Of a DNA stretch of 15,301 nucleotides, positions 1-7,592 are shown piece after piece. The stretch comes from Candidatus Bipolaricaulia bacterium (GTDB lineage Bacteria > Bipolaricaulota > Bipolaricaulia > JBHIAT01). The notes beneath the pieces were generated by a model. It was not told the DNA's origin and searched no databases. It saw nothing but the letters and a program-made list of their open reading frames with translations. Made by a program: the position numbers and the translations under genes. Every line of letters begins with the position of its first letter. The first letter of the stretch is position 1. The DNA lies in the NCBI GenBank assembly GCA_046758705.1, contig JBHIAT010000081.1, positions 1 through 15,301 on the forward strand, read 5' to 3'.

Positions 1-341
1 TGGCCCTTCTTCTTTACCTCTCATTTTTTCGATTGCCGACTTTCTGAGAAAGCTCGAAGTCATCAGCTCAATAGTCCGCCGTCTTTCTCTCCCTTGCTGG
101 TCGACCCAGCTGCTTGGACCCTCACCCGATAAAATAAGGCTCAACTTGTGCCGACAGTGAAATGATCTCGATCCGAGCGAGTTTCACCATTCCTTAAACG
201 ATTACTGCTCGAATCCTGAGATTGAGGGAATAGTGAAAACTGTCTGACTTGCTACAAAGCTGGAAGAGATAGATAATAACGGAGGACAGGAACGATCGTG
301 GTATTTAGCTTAGCATGAATGGCAAAACAGAGGAGAAACGA

Positions 342-722
342 ATGTCTACCGCTCTAGAGGTAAGTCCGGAAGAGATGGCCGTGTATCGAGCCACCGCGCG
401 ACGTCGCCGGGAACAGGAGCATCAGGAACAGGTGCGACGGCAGGAGCGGGCCTGGGAAGTCGCACGGTGTGCCGCCACGTTGTTGAAGGAGCAGTTCGGT
501 GCTTCACGGGTGGTGGCGTTCGGATCGCTGGTGCATGAAGGTTGTTTTACACGCTGGTCTGACGTAGACATCGCAGCCTGGGGCATCTCCCCTAAGGACA
601 CATTCCGGACTATCGGTGCGGTGATGGACATGGACACAGACATCGAGGTCAACTTGGTGGACGTGGGCGCTTGTCACCCTTCGCTGTTAGCTGCTATAGA
701 ACGGGAGGGGATAGAGCTGTGA
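342..722 (+). CDS. Minimal nucleotidyltransferase (MNT), antitoxin type of HEPN-MNT systems
   Basis: FGSL...SDVDIA (GS + DxD) motif, VNLVD strand, C-terminal IEREGIEL; AGGAG at 331-335 favours ATG 342 over 315. Confidence 0.9.
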   Translation: MSTALEVSPEEMAVYRATARRRREQEHQEQVRRQERAWEVARCAATLLKEQFGASRVVAFGSLVHEGCFTRWSDVDIAAWGISPKDTFRTIGAVMDMDTDIEVNLVDVGACHPSLLAAIEREGIEL

Positions 723-877
723 TCGAACGCTACATGGTGGTTTTAACAAGTGCAGTTGTTGCATACGCAAACCAAGATCAATTGGTGATCCAGGTCGGCG
801 AGGCGCCTCAGAGTGTAGCAGTTACCCCCGACGGCCGGTTTGCCTACGTTACCAATTCAGGCTCACATATCTACTGA
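719..877 (+). pseudogene. Chimeric remnant: start of the MNT-coupled partner gene joined to a single YVTN beta-propeller repeat
   Basis: GTG 719 overlaps the MNT stop (GTGA) and reads VIERYMVVL; then VGEAPQSVAVTPDGRFAYVTNSGS (YVTN repeat) and a stop at 877. Confidence 0.6.
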
Positions 878-941
878 TGGCATGCTTATTGCCTATCGGT
901 TGCCCGTTCTGTGGTGCTAATCCGTATGTAACCGAGCGCCT

Positions 942-1283
942 TCATCCTCCATCACTTCCCGGAAGACTCTTACCGACATACCCTGACCGGACTCGCTTGC
1001 CTTCCCTCCAGTAAGCGTACCAGTACGGGCCGTGTAACTCGCCCTTAGTGCACTTGCAGTTAGGTTTACCACAACGCACCCGCTCCAGTCGGTAGCAGCA
1101 CGATTTAAGCTGCCGTACCTCGACAACCTCACGCCCCGCCTTGACGGGTATCTCCTCAATCTCCAGCCCATCTAGTTCTTCCAGCAGCTGGTGCAGGTAG
1201 CCATCCACGTCGTACAGCTCACCCAGGGTCAGCCGCCCCAGGTCTGACTTGACCCGTTCCGCTATCTTATGTAACCTTGCCAT
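942..1283 (-). CDS. DUF6788-like small Cys/His protein
   Basis: RCGKPNCKC..GELHGPYWYAYWREG..YVGK motif; AAGGA just upstream of ATG. Confidence 0.75.
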   Translation of the reverse strand: MARLHKIAERVKSDLGRLTLGELYDVDGYLHQLLEELDGLEIEEIPVKAGREVVEVRQLKSCCYRLERVRCGKPNCKCTKGELHGPYWYAYWREGKRVRSGYVGKSLPGSDGG

Positions 1284-1325
1284 ATCCTTATCACCACTTC
1301 ATATTATTCCCCTGTTACATAAGAT
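1264..1325. repeat. Perfect 12-bp inverted repeat ATCTTATGTAAC / GTTACATAAGAT spanning the DUF6788 start codon
   Basis: Arms at 1264-1275 and 1314-1325, 38-bp spacer. Confidence 0.7.
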
Positions 1326-1720
1326 TTAGATTTCCAGTTTCACGAAAAGTCTAAAATATCCTGCTGAAGGCTATTTCGATCATTTGTCGGTCGTTCCTAT
1401 GGTTCGGTCGGCGAGAGGCTGCCCACAGCGGGCTCTTTGAACTTTCGGTTGGTAAAGACAAATCCAATTACCGTCTACACTACATCACTCCGTATGGAAA
1501 CTCGTAGTGCACCAGGTGGAACAGCCACTCTCCTGCACGTTTTTCCAGGATGCCAATCAGACGGCCAAAGTAGGTCTTCGTCTCGCCGCCGGTTGTACGG
1601 TGCAGATTGACGTTGCATCCTATCCACGCCACCGTCCCTACCGCCTTGACATAACTCCAAACGATCTCCACCGACGATGCATCAGTCTCAGACCAATCTT
1701 GCTTGAGCCTCGCTCTCACT

Positions 1721-2483
1721 GGCTGTGGGCACCATCGGTTGGTAATGCCTTCTGTCTGTTTTGTAAGAAAGCTTACATCTACCTGCCATTTGATCTCTTA
1801 AAATAGGGTTATGAAGAACCAAAAACCAAACTAAAGGGAGGGGGTAAAGGTGAGGAAACGAATCATATGGGCGATGATGTTCGCCATCGCCTTGGGGTTC
1901 TGGCTTTCAGGGATGCCTTCAACCTTCGCAGACACTGTAGAGCTCACCGAGACCTATATCATCCCTGGTTTTGGGTTTAGTATTGACCTTCCCGCTGACT
2001 GGACTGTCTTGACAGACGGTCCCGTATTGCAGGCTAGGGGAGTGGTTCTCAGCGATTCGGAAGATGGGACAGCCTATCTCGTTGGTATTGCCATAGATCA
2101 CCGGAGCAGGCAGTGGTTGAAGGAGAACCGTGGACTTCCGCTGGATGCCACATTAGAAGACTTGGTGGAATTTAACAAGAGGGTAACGAGCCTTGGGGAA
2201 TTAGAACTCTTTGAGGTCACTGAGGTAGAAATCTTTGGCGTTCCGGCACTTCGTACCAAAAGTCAAGTCAAAGACGCAGGGGGCCCAGGGATCATGTATC
2301 AGGGCTTTAAGGATGATGAAGCCTTTCTAATCGCCTTCGGTACAGGATCAGAGGAAGAGTATGGAGATTTCCTTCCCATATGGAACAAGATCCTAGAAAG
2401 TATCAGACCTGTCGATGAGGAGTAACGAGATTCGGCATAGCTCTCAAATTGTTTCGCATTACCAACCGACAGTTCCCAGAGCC
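1721..2483. mobile_element. Inner 763-bp non-autonomous TIR element (mobile-insertion-cassette-like) with one passenger gene
   Basis: TIRs GGCTGTGGGCACCATCGGTTGGTAATGC (1721-1748) and revcomp of 2456-2483 GGCTCTGGGAACTGTCGGTTGGTAATGC, 24/28 identical; flanked by 8-bp direct repeat CTCTCACT. Confidence 0.92.
1850..2425 (+). CDS. Secreted protein, possibly PsbP/Mog1/DcrB-like fold; passenger of the inner element
   Basis: Signal peptide MRKRIIWAMMFAIALGFWLSGMPSTFA; GFSIDLPADW near the N-terminus and ILESIRP at the C-terminus; G-rich RBS at ~1836-1844. Confidence 0.7.
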   Translation: MRKRIIWAMMFAIALGFWLSGMPSTFADTVELTETYIIPGFGFSIDLPADWTVLTDGPVLQARGVVLSDSEDGTAYLVGIAIDHRSRQWLKENRGLPLDATLEDLVEFNKRVTSLGELELFEVTEVEIFGVPALRTKSQVKDAGGPGIMYQGFKDDEAFLIAFGTGSEEEYGDFLPIWNKILESIRPVDEE

Positions 2484-2791
2484 CTCTCACTTCATCCGGG
2501 CCAAGCGCGCCAGCCACCCATCCAGGACGCTTTTCGTCCGGCCCAGGTCCCAGAACAGCTATGTCAGAGTCAGGCGCGAATCGTGCCAACACGCCCTCCA
2601 TATCGCGCTTTTCGTAAGCCTGAAGGTAGGCATTTAGCGTCGCTATCACGGCGGCTTCAGTCTGGCTGTCGGCTTTCATAGGCTTTCCTGCTCCTCCTCA
2701 GAGCTGTATCTTTGCCATCATCATAAGCTCTAAACCCTGGTTAACGCAAGGGATTCTATATTACCAACCGAAGGTTCATAGAGACATAGAG

Positions 2792-2812
2792 GGCGCTAGG
2801 AACTATCGGTTG
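2792..2812 (+). repeat. Fifth copy of the same TIR family, facing right toward the Mrr gene
   Basis: GGCGCTAGGAACTATCGGTTG matches the inner-element right TIR at 18/21; begins 6 bp after the outer element ends. Confidence 0.7.
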
Positions 2813-3213
2813 ACACCAGTTTGGTCTTTCCATCCCACCTAAACCCTCCTCGTATCCTGATCAGGCGGTTGGATTTCGGGCCCTCGTTTCAGTTTACGCC
2901 TGGGAAACAATCCAAACTCTCCAGACTTACACTGGAACGGGTGCTGACGGTGAGAAGTACCATTGAGACGGCAAAAACCTTGAGTCTCTGAATATAGCTA
3001 CCAGGATCAACAGATTACTGACGCTAATGTCATCCGTCCCCTGTGGCCTATATATCCCCAAGGGTAGCCGTTGCAGTGGTGAGGGCAATAGCAGGTGCTC
3101 AGGATACATTGAGGGATTTTGACAGTCTTCCCAGGGATAACTTATATTAGAAAAAAAGCTCCTCGCCTCTTGGGGGACCTTCAAGTCCATCCTTTTGTAA
3201 GGGGGATGATTCA

Positions 3214-3318
3214 TTGAGTGATCACAGGTTTATCTGGATCTCATTAGCTTTTTTGGTAGCTTTTGGAACCATAGCAAGTAGAGAAGGGCAAATAGGCAGA
3301 TTCAAAAGGAGGAGGTGA
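3214..3318 (+). CDS. Putative 34-aa membrane peptide immediately upstream of the Mrr gene
   Basis: TTG start after AAGGGGG; LSDHRFIWISLAFLVAFGTIASREGQIGRFKRRR; its stop lies at the Mrr start region (GTGA at 3315-3318). Confidence 0.35.
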   Translation: MSDHRFIWISLAFLVAFGTIASREGQIGRFKRRR

Positions 3319-3320
3319 GT

Positions 3321-4187
3321 ATGAGAAGGCTAAGGTTATTCCGATCCCTACAAGAACGGGACAGGCGCGAACGAGTGCTCGATGAAACACTCACCAAATT
3401 CGTAGAGCGATATATTATGCAAGGACGGCGCAACTCTCAGGATTACCAAGCGCTTCAAGATCTCCTTAAAGAAGATGGGATCAAGCTTTCCGTCGAGCGG
3501 CTAAAAGCTTTGGTGGACCAAAAGACAAAGGAACTCTTTTACAATCGTCTAAAAGAGGCACTGTCAACGGCGCAGACTAGAGAAAGCGCTTTAGAGGCGC
3601 TTGTAGAGTCGGGATTGACTGATAAGTTAGAAGAGACTTGGAGCTTCTATGCCCCTCTTATTCTCGATTACCTGAAAAATAGGCAGTTGAAGGGATGGTT
3701 TATGAATGAAAACCGGCTGTTACGGGAACTAGAAAAAGCGAAGGAGCGACTAATCCGTAGAAATCGCAAAGAAACTTTGAAAGAGGTTTTAGAAGGTGGA
3801 TCGATACCCCAGAGTATTGAAGATATCGATAAGATGGAAGGGCACGAATTTGAGGATTTCCTAGAACACCTCTTTAAGAAGATGGGTTTCCAAGTGGAAC
3901 GTCCGCCTTTGGCACGAGATAAAGGGGCAGACCTTATCGCAGCCAGATTAGGGGAAAAGATAGCTATCCAGGCCAAGTGCTACTCTGGATCTGTGGGGAT
4001 CAAAGCTGTGCAGGAGGTTTCTGCTGCTAAAGACTTCTACGAGTGTGATCGGTCTATGGTCGTCACAAATAGCTACTTCACCCAGGATGCTCAAACTCTA
4101 GCTGAGACTATCAAAGTGGAGTTATGGAATCGTGACAAGTTAGCACAAGTCCTTAGAGAATATCCCATATCATTTCCGAAAGCTTAG
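3321..4187 (+). CDS. Mrr-family (Mrr_cat) restriction endonuclease with a helical N-terminal region
   Basis: EFEDFLEHLFKKMGF...DKGADLIA...IAIQAKCY...AVQEV...VVTNSYFT (D..D..QxK); AGGAGGAGG favours ATG 3321 (GTG 3315 is an alternative). Confidence 0.88.
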   Translation: MRRLRLFRSLQERDRRERVLDETLTKFVERYIMQGRRNSQDYQALQDLLKEDGIKLSVERLKALVDQKTKELFYNRLKEALSTAQTRESALEALVESGLTDKLEETWSFYAPLILDYLKNRQLKGWFMNENRLLRELEKAKERLIRRNRKETLKEVLEGGSIPQSIEDIDKMEGHEFEDFLEHLFKKMGFQVERPPLARDKGADLIAARLGEKIAIQAKCYSGSVGIKAVQEVSAAKDFYECDRSMVVTNSYFTQDAQTLAETIKVELWNRDKLAQVLREYPISFPKA

Positions 4188-4198
4188 ATTTTTCCGAC

Positions 4199-4230
4199 AG
4201 GAACTAGCCTCAAGCATATTTTTAGTTCCT
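4199..4230 (+). terminator. Possible hairpin after the Mrr gene
   Basis: AGGAACTA (4199-4206) pairs with TAGTTCCT (4223-4230); large loop and weak U-tract. Confidence 0.3.
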
Positions 4231-4405
4231 CTAAATTTTCCCAAAGGTGCGCCTTATTGTTCCCCTTTTCCCCCTTTCAAGGTTGAGACTATCAGCTTGA
4301 TAAAATGTATGTCAAGTCAGGGTAACACCTATGCCCCAAGCCACGAACGGGAATAGAAAGACCGACATTACACGACAGAGTATTTAAGAGCAATAAAAGG
4401 TTTTT

Positions 4406-5733
4406 ACTCATTTTTTGCACCTAATCACATCCCGCTTCATATCGCCATCAGCTCCCCTTGCTGCAATTGTCCATCCAACAACGGCATCAACCAGGACGCT
4501 TCGTGCTCCAGGTAGTGGATCAACCGCCGGCTCACCCGTATCCCGAGGCCGTCTCTCTTCAGTCCGGCCATCACCCCCTTCCCCAGCCCGCGCTGGCTCA
4601 CCCGCCACGATGTCACTCCCACCTCGCCCACGCCGTTCCGTCTTCCCCCATGCCGCTCCGCCCAGCGCCGGTCTGCTGCCAGCACATACGCCAACCATAC
4701 CAGCTCCACCCATCGCTCCAAGCTCTCCTGCCCACGTCCCTGGCAATCCTCCAGTCCGAACTGCTGCTTCAGCTGCTTGATCAACTCTTCAATCCACCAC
4801 CGCCGCCTCATGTGACGCCGCACCGGCACCGCGCCCAGCTCCACCAGCGTCGTCACCAGCGTGTAGTGCCGTCCACCCCGCACCCGGTGCACGATCTGAA
4901 CCGGCCGCGCCATCCCGTTTAACTGTACCACCTCTCCGGTCGCCGCCTGCCGCGCATAGCGCCCATCCTTCAACCGCCGATTCTCCACCACATAGCTCAC
5001 CAATCCAAAGCCCCGTTCGTCCACCGCTTCGATCACCGACTCGTCCAACAGGCTGCAATCGATCACTACTACGACCTGCCTCTTCCCGCCATAGGGCGGT
5101 TCAAACGACCGGATGAGCTCGGCCGTCAGTTCCGTCTGCTTGTGAAAGTCCTCTGCCTTGACGAACCGTTCGTTCACATAGGTGCGCCAATCCCACGGGG
5201 CGATGATCTCCCCGACCCCCACCGCTGAGATCACCAGCTTCTGGCCCCACACCACCGAGTCGGTGCGGCTGTCGTAGTGCCAACCCAACTGGGGCAGGGT
5301 CTTGCCTCGCTTGGCCAGGACGGTGGTGTCGATCATGAGGTAGATCGTCGGGCGGCGGCCGCGACGCCGGAGATGGTGATCGATGATGGCCGTTTCGATG
5401 CGAGCACACCGCAGGGAACGGATCGCTTGGTGCGGCCACTCGTCGGCGGAGAAGGCCCGAGACAGGGCGGAGATGCTGACCAACAACACCAGATTGGTGA
5501 AGGTCTTCTTGCCTTCGCGGACCATGAGGCCGAGGACCATTGACAGGAGGCTGCGCCAGCGGTAGACTGAAAGTTGGGCCTTGAAGGCCTGTTTCAGACG
5601 TTTGTAGACGTGTTTGGGCATGGTGCCCCCTCCTTTCTTGCGTTTGAAAGAAGGGTACCATGCCCATTCCCGTTGATGCGAGCCTCAGGAATCCCCTTTG
5701 CATCTTAGTTTCCCCGTGGTGCAAAATATGAGT
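4406..5733 (-). mobile_element. IS701-like insertion sequence (~1.33 kb)
   Basis: TIRs ACTCATTTTTTGCACC (4406-4421) and GGTGCAAAATATGAGT (5718-5733), 15/16 identical, enclosing one transposase. Confidence 0.85.
4437..5621 (-). CDS. DDE transposase, IS701/IS4 superfamily
   Basis: LMIDTTVLAKRGK, VVIDCS and RRRWWIEELIKQLKQQFGLEDCQ motifs; AGGAGG RBS. Confidence 0.88.
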   Translation of the reverse strand: MPKHVYKRLKQAFKAQLSVYRWRSLLSMVLGLMVREGKKTFTNLVLLVSISALSRAFSADEWPHQAIRSLRCARIETAIIDHHLRRRGRRPTIYLMIDTTVLAKRGKTLPQLGWHYDSRTDSVVWGQKLVISAVGVGEIIAPWDWRTYVNERFVKAEDFHKQTELTAELIRSFEPPYGGKRQVVVVIDCSLLDESVIEAVDERGFGLVSYVVENRRLKDGRYARQAATGEVVQLNGMARPVQIVHRVRGGRHYTLVTTLVELGAVPVRRHMRRRWWIEELIKQLKQQFGLEDCQGRGQESLERWVELVWLAYVLAADRRWAERHGGRRNGVGEVGVTSWRVSQRGLGKGVMAGLKRDGLGIRVSRRLIHYLEHEASWLMPLLDGQLQQGELMAI

Positions 5734-5734
5734 T

Positions 5735-6844
5735 AAAACGTTTGACTCTTGGTTCACTGCCCGTATGAAACAGTGCGTCGGCAAACAGGCGTGTGCCATG
5801 ATCAAGTCTGCTACCGAGAAACGACGCAAGCAATACTACATGCTTGCCAAGCTACAACGCGAGGGCCAGGACACCAACTACCTGCAACGCAAGATTGACC
5901 CCAAACCGTTGGTCAAGCCCAATGCCGAGAATGCCAACGCTGAACTAGACCCACGGTTCATCGACTTCCAAGAGAGCCGCGAGTTCGATCTCTTTGTCAG
6001 AGTCAAGACCATCGGCACCGGTATGACGTTCAACATTCCGATACGTCATACCAAGGTCAGCCTCAAGTGGCTTGACCAAAGCCCAGGCGAACTCAAAAAT
6101 TTCATCCGACTGACACCCAACGAAGTTATCCTAATCTATGATGTCTTTGACTCACCTAAGAAGCGGGGGGTAACTGTCGGATGTGACCCAGGCTATAAAT
6201 CCGTCGTCACCTTGTCCGACGGGCAGACGACGGGACCCGATCCGCACGGTCACACGTTGGAGTCCATCCAAAAGAAGCTGACGCGTCGCCAACTGGGCAG
6301 CCAGGGATTCAAACGCACCCAAGCCCACCGGGAGAATTACATCAATTGAGCGCTGAACCAACTTGATTGGTCTGATATGGGTAAGGTTCGGCTTGAGGAA
6401 GTAAAGCGGTTGCGCTACGGCAGGCGCAATAACCGCCTGATGACCCACTGGACCTACACGGTGATAAACCGGAAGCTGGACAGCCTCAGCGAAACGGACG
6501 GTTTCCGTCTAGTTGAAGTGCCAAACGAGTTTCGTTCCCAGCGTTGTAGTGCCTGTGGGTGGGTTCGCAAAGCGAACAGAACAGGAAAGACGTTCACGTG
6601 CGACACATGTGGTTTCATCACGGATGCGGACTTGAATGCAGCTTCCAATCTGGAGCTTGACCTCTACGAGGTTCCCGTCTGGGTGCGACGGCAGGGTCTA
6701 AACCGTGAAGGGTTCTACTGGACCCCTGACGGTTTGTACACGGTCGGTCACGAGCCTATAGTCCGTGATCCCATTGAGCGAACGGAATATTCCTCTATTC
6801 TTTTTGCAACTATTTCGGGAGTGGTGGCACAGCCAGGAAAATGA
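5735..6844 (+). pseudogene. tnpB: TnpB/Cas12f-like RNA-guided nuclease, 5'-truncated at the IS and with an internal TGA
   Basis: RuvC-I VGCDPG, RuvC-II VRLEEV, zinc ribbon SQRCSAC..FTCDTC, RuvC-III DADLNAA; ORFs 5765-6349 and 6377-6844 share a frame, separated by TGA 6347-6349 (ENYIN*ALNQL); frame runs back to the IS end (KTFDSWFTARM). Confidence 0.85.
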
Positions 6845-6940
6845 ACCGGGAGGTTGATCTGCATGACATGAGCTCACGTTCTCGCATCTAAAATGTCGGT
6901 TTTTGGTGTAGAATAAAGAGTGAATCCCAAAAACACATCC

Positions 6941-7013
6941 ACGACAAAGGCAAACTCACCGAAAGGTGGGGGCGCAAAGCCGCGGATCCGAAAGGAAAGT
7001 CGGGCTACCAAAG
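6941..7013 (+). ncRNA. c-di-GMP-I (GEMM) riboswitch aptamer 1
   Basis: AAAGGCAAAC-TCACC-GAAA-GGTGG-GGCGCAAAGCC...GGGCTACC consensus; enclosing arms AACACATC (6932-6939) / GATGTGTT (7013-7020). Confidence 0.88.
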
Positions 7014-7026
7014 ATGTGTTACCGAC

Positions 7027-7112
7027 CTCGAAAGGGTAAACCTCCCGAAAGGGAGGGACACAAAGCCACAGACCCTAGCGTAATAGAGCCGAGGGTGGCT
7101 GGGTTGCCGAAG
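7027..7112 (+). ncRNA. c-di-GMP-I (GEMM) riboswitch aptamer 2 (tandem)
   Basis: AAGGGTAAAC-CTCCC-GAAA-GGGAG-GGACACAAAGCCAC...GTGGCTGGGTTGCCG consensus. Confidence 0.88.
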
Positions 7113-7256
7113 GGCGACAAAAGCGTACAACCTAAACTCAACTTGGACAAGTTGGGCCTCACCAGCCACCCTATCGGTTTAAATCTTCCTGCTCTGATTA
7201 CGCTTCTCAACAGTTCAAGCCGGTTTCATCCTTATAAGGGGAAGGAGGGAAAATTC

Positions 7257-7472
7257 GTGGCAAAACTCCCGAAGGCGAAGGTGAACTTGATGGTCGACGC
7301 ACCGTTGTACATCGATGCCAGGCAACAACTCTGGCCTCATCTCTCACGGATCTTCGAGGTTGCGTTGAGACGGGCCTTGCGATTAAAGGCCGAGGGGATT
7401 CACGTGGATCAAATTATAGCGGAGATCGAGGGAGCTGAGGAAGTAGTTCCTTCATCCCAGTCCCAGGGGTGA
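7257..7472 (+). CDS. 71-aa CcdA-like ribbon-helix-helix protein
   Basis: AGGAGG at 7243-7248 before GTG 7257; KAKVNLMVDAPLYIDARQQLWPHLSRIFEVALRRAL fits a beta-strand/helix/helix pattern. Confidence 0.65.
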   Translation: MAKLPKAKVNLMVDAPLYIDARQQLWPHLSRIFEVALRRALRLKAEGIHVDQIIAEIEGAEEVVPSSQSQG

Positions 7473-7531
7473 GAGGCGCGATTTTGGGCAATGTCGGAAC
7501 GCTTAAGACCTTCCAAGTAAGCGGTGAAGAC

Positions 7532-7552
7532 GCCCTGTAGAGAGGGTTTTTC
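7532..7552 (+). terminator. Putative intrinsic terminator
   Basis: GCCCT-GTAGAG-AGGGT followed by a T run, between convergent genes. Confidence 0.4.
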
Positions 7553-7592
7553 TATCATAAGGAGTCTGTCACCGTTTGACGTATAACGTAAC

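Larger units (their letters stand above)
1713..2491. repeat. 8-bp target-site duplication CTCTCACT (1713-1720 and 2484-2491)
   Basis: Exact direct repeat abutting both TIRs; removing the element plus one copy restores the SnoaL frame. Confidence 0.92.
1480..2679 (-). pseudogene. SnoaL-like / NTF2-family protein (142 aa when rejoined), interrupted by an insertion
   Basis: Joining 2679-2484 to 1712-1480 gives an in-frame ORF MKADSQTEAAV...AYEKRDMEGVLARFAPD...GPDEVR-ARLKQDWSETD...LEKRAGEWLFHLVHYEFPYGVM with the typical NTF2-like N-helix and C-terminal W..(H)..H strand. Confidence 0.85.
1431..2785. mobile_element. Outer non-autonomous TIR element carrying a SnoaL/NTF2-like passenger gene
   Basis: Left end GGCTCTTTGAACTTTCGGTTGGTAA (1431-1455); right end (revcomp of 2761-2785) GTCTCTATGAACCTTCGGTTGGTAA; 22/25 identical; no transposase; no matching target duplication seen. 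Confidence 0.75.

Noticed and set aside
1-190. Possible minus-strand gene start at the window edge
   Set aside because: Too short to identify
879-1430. Possible further TIR cassette around the DUF6788 gene (TATCGGTTG at 894-902; GCCCACAGC at 1421-1429)
   Set aside because: Each match covers only half of the TIR consensus with wrong spacing, and there is no target duplication
2299-2483. C-terminal part of the 126-aa minus-strand ORF
   Set aside because: Read-through into the inserted element, antisense to the passenger gene
2927-3214. 95-aa minus-strand ORF
   Set aside because: No recognisable motif or RBS, and composition looks non-coding
4408-5829. Many overlapping ORFs in the IS (similar shadow ORFs overlap pilD, glyA and the ABC genes)
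   Set aside because: Shadow ORFs of GC-rich coding sequence with no motifs
6347-6349. Alternative genetic code (TGA as Trp or Gly)
   Set aside because: glyA, pilD, MNT and other intact genes end in TGA and use TGG for Trp
6700-7200. CRISPR array next to the TnpB/Cas12f-like gene
   Set aside because: No regularly spaced repeats; the similar segments are riboswitch aptamers
6966-7256. N-terminal 97 codons of the 168-aa ORF
   Set aside because: Overlaps the two riboswitch aptamers; a strong RBS supports the start at 7257
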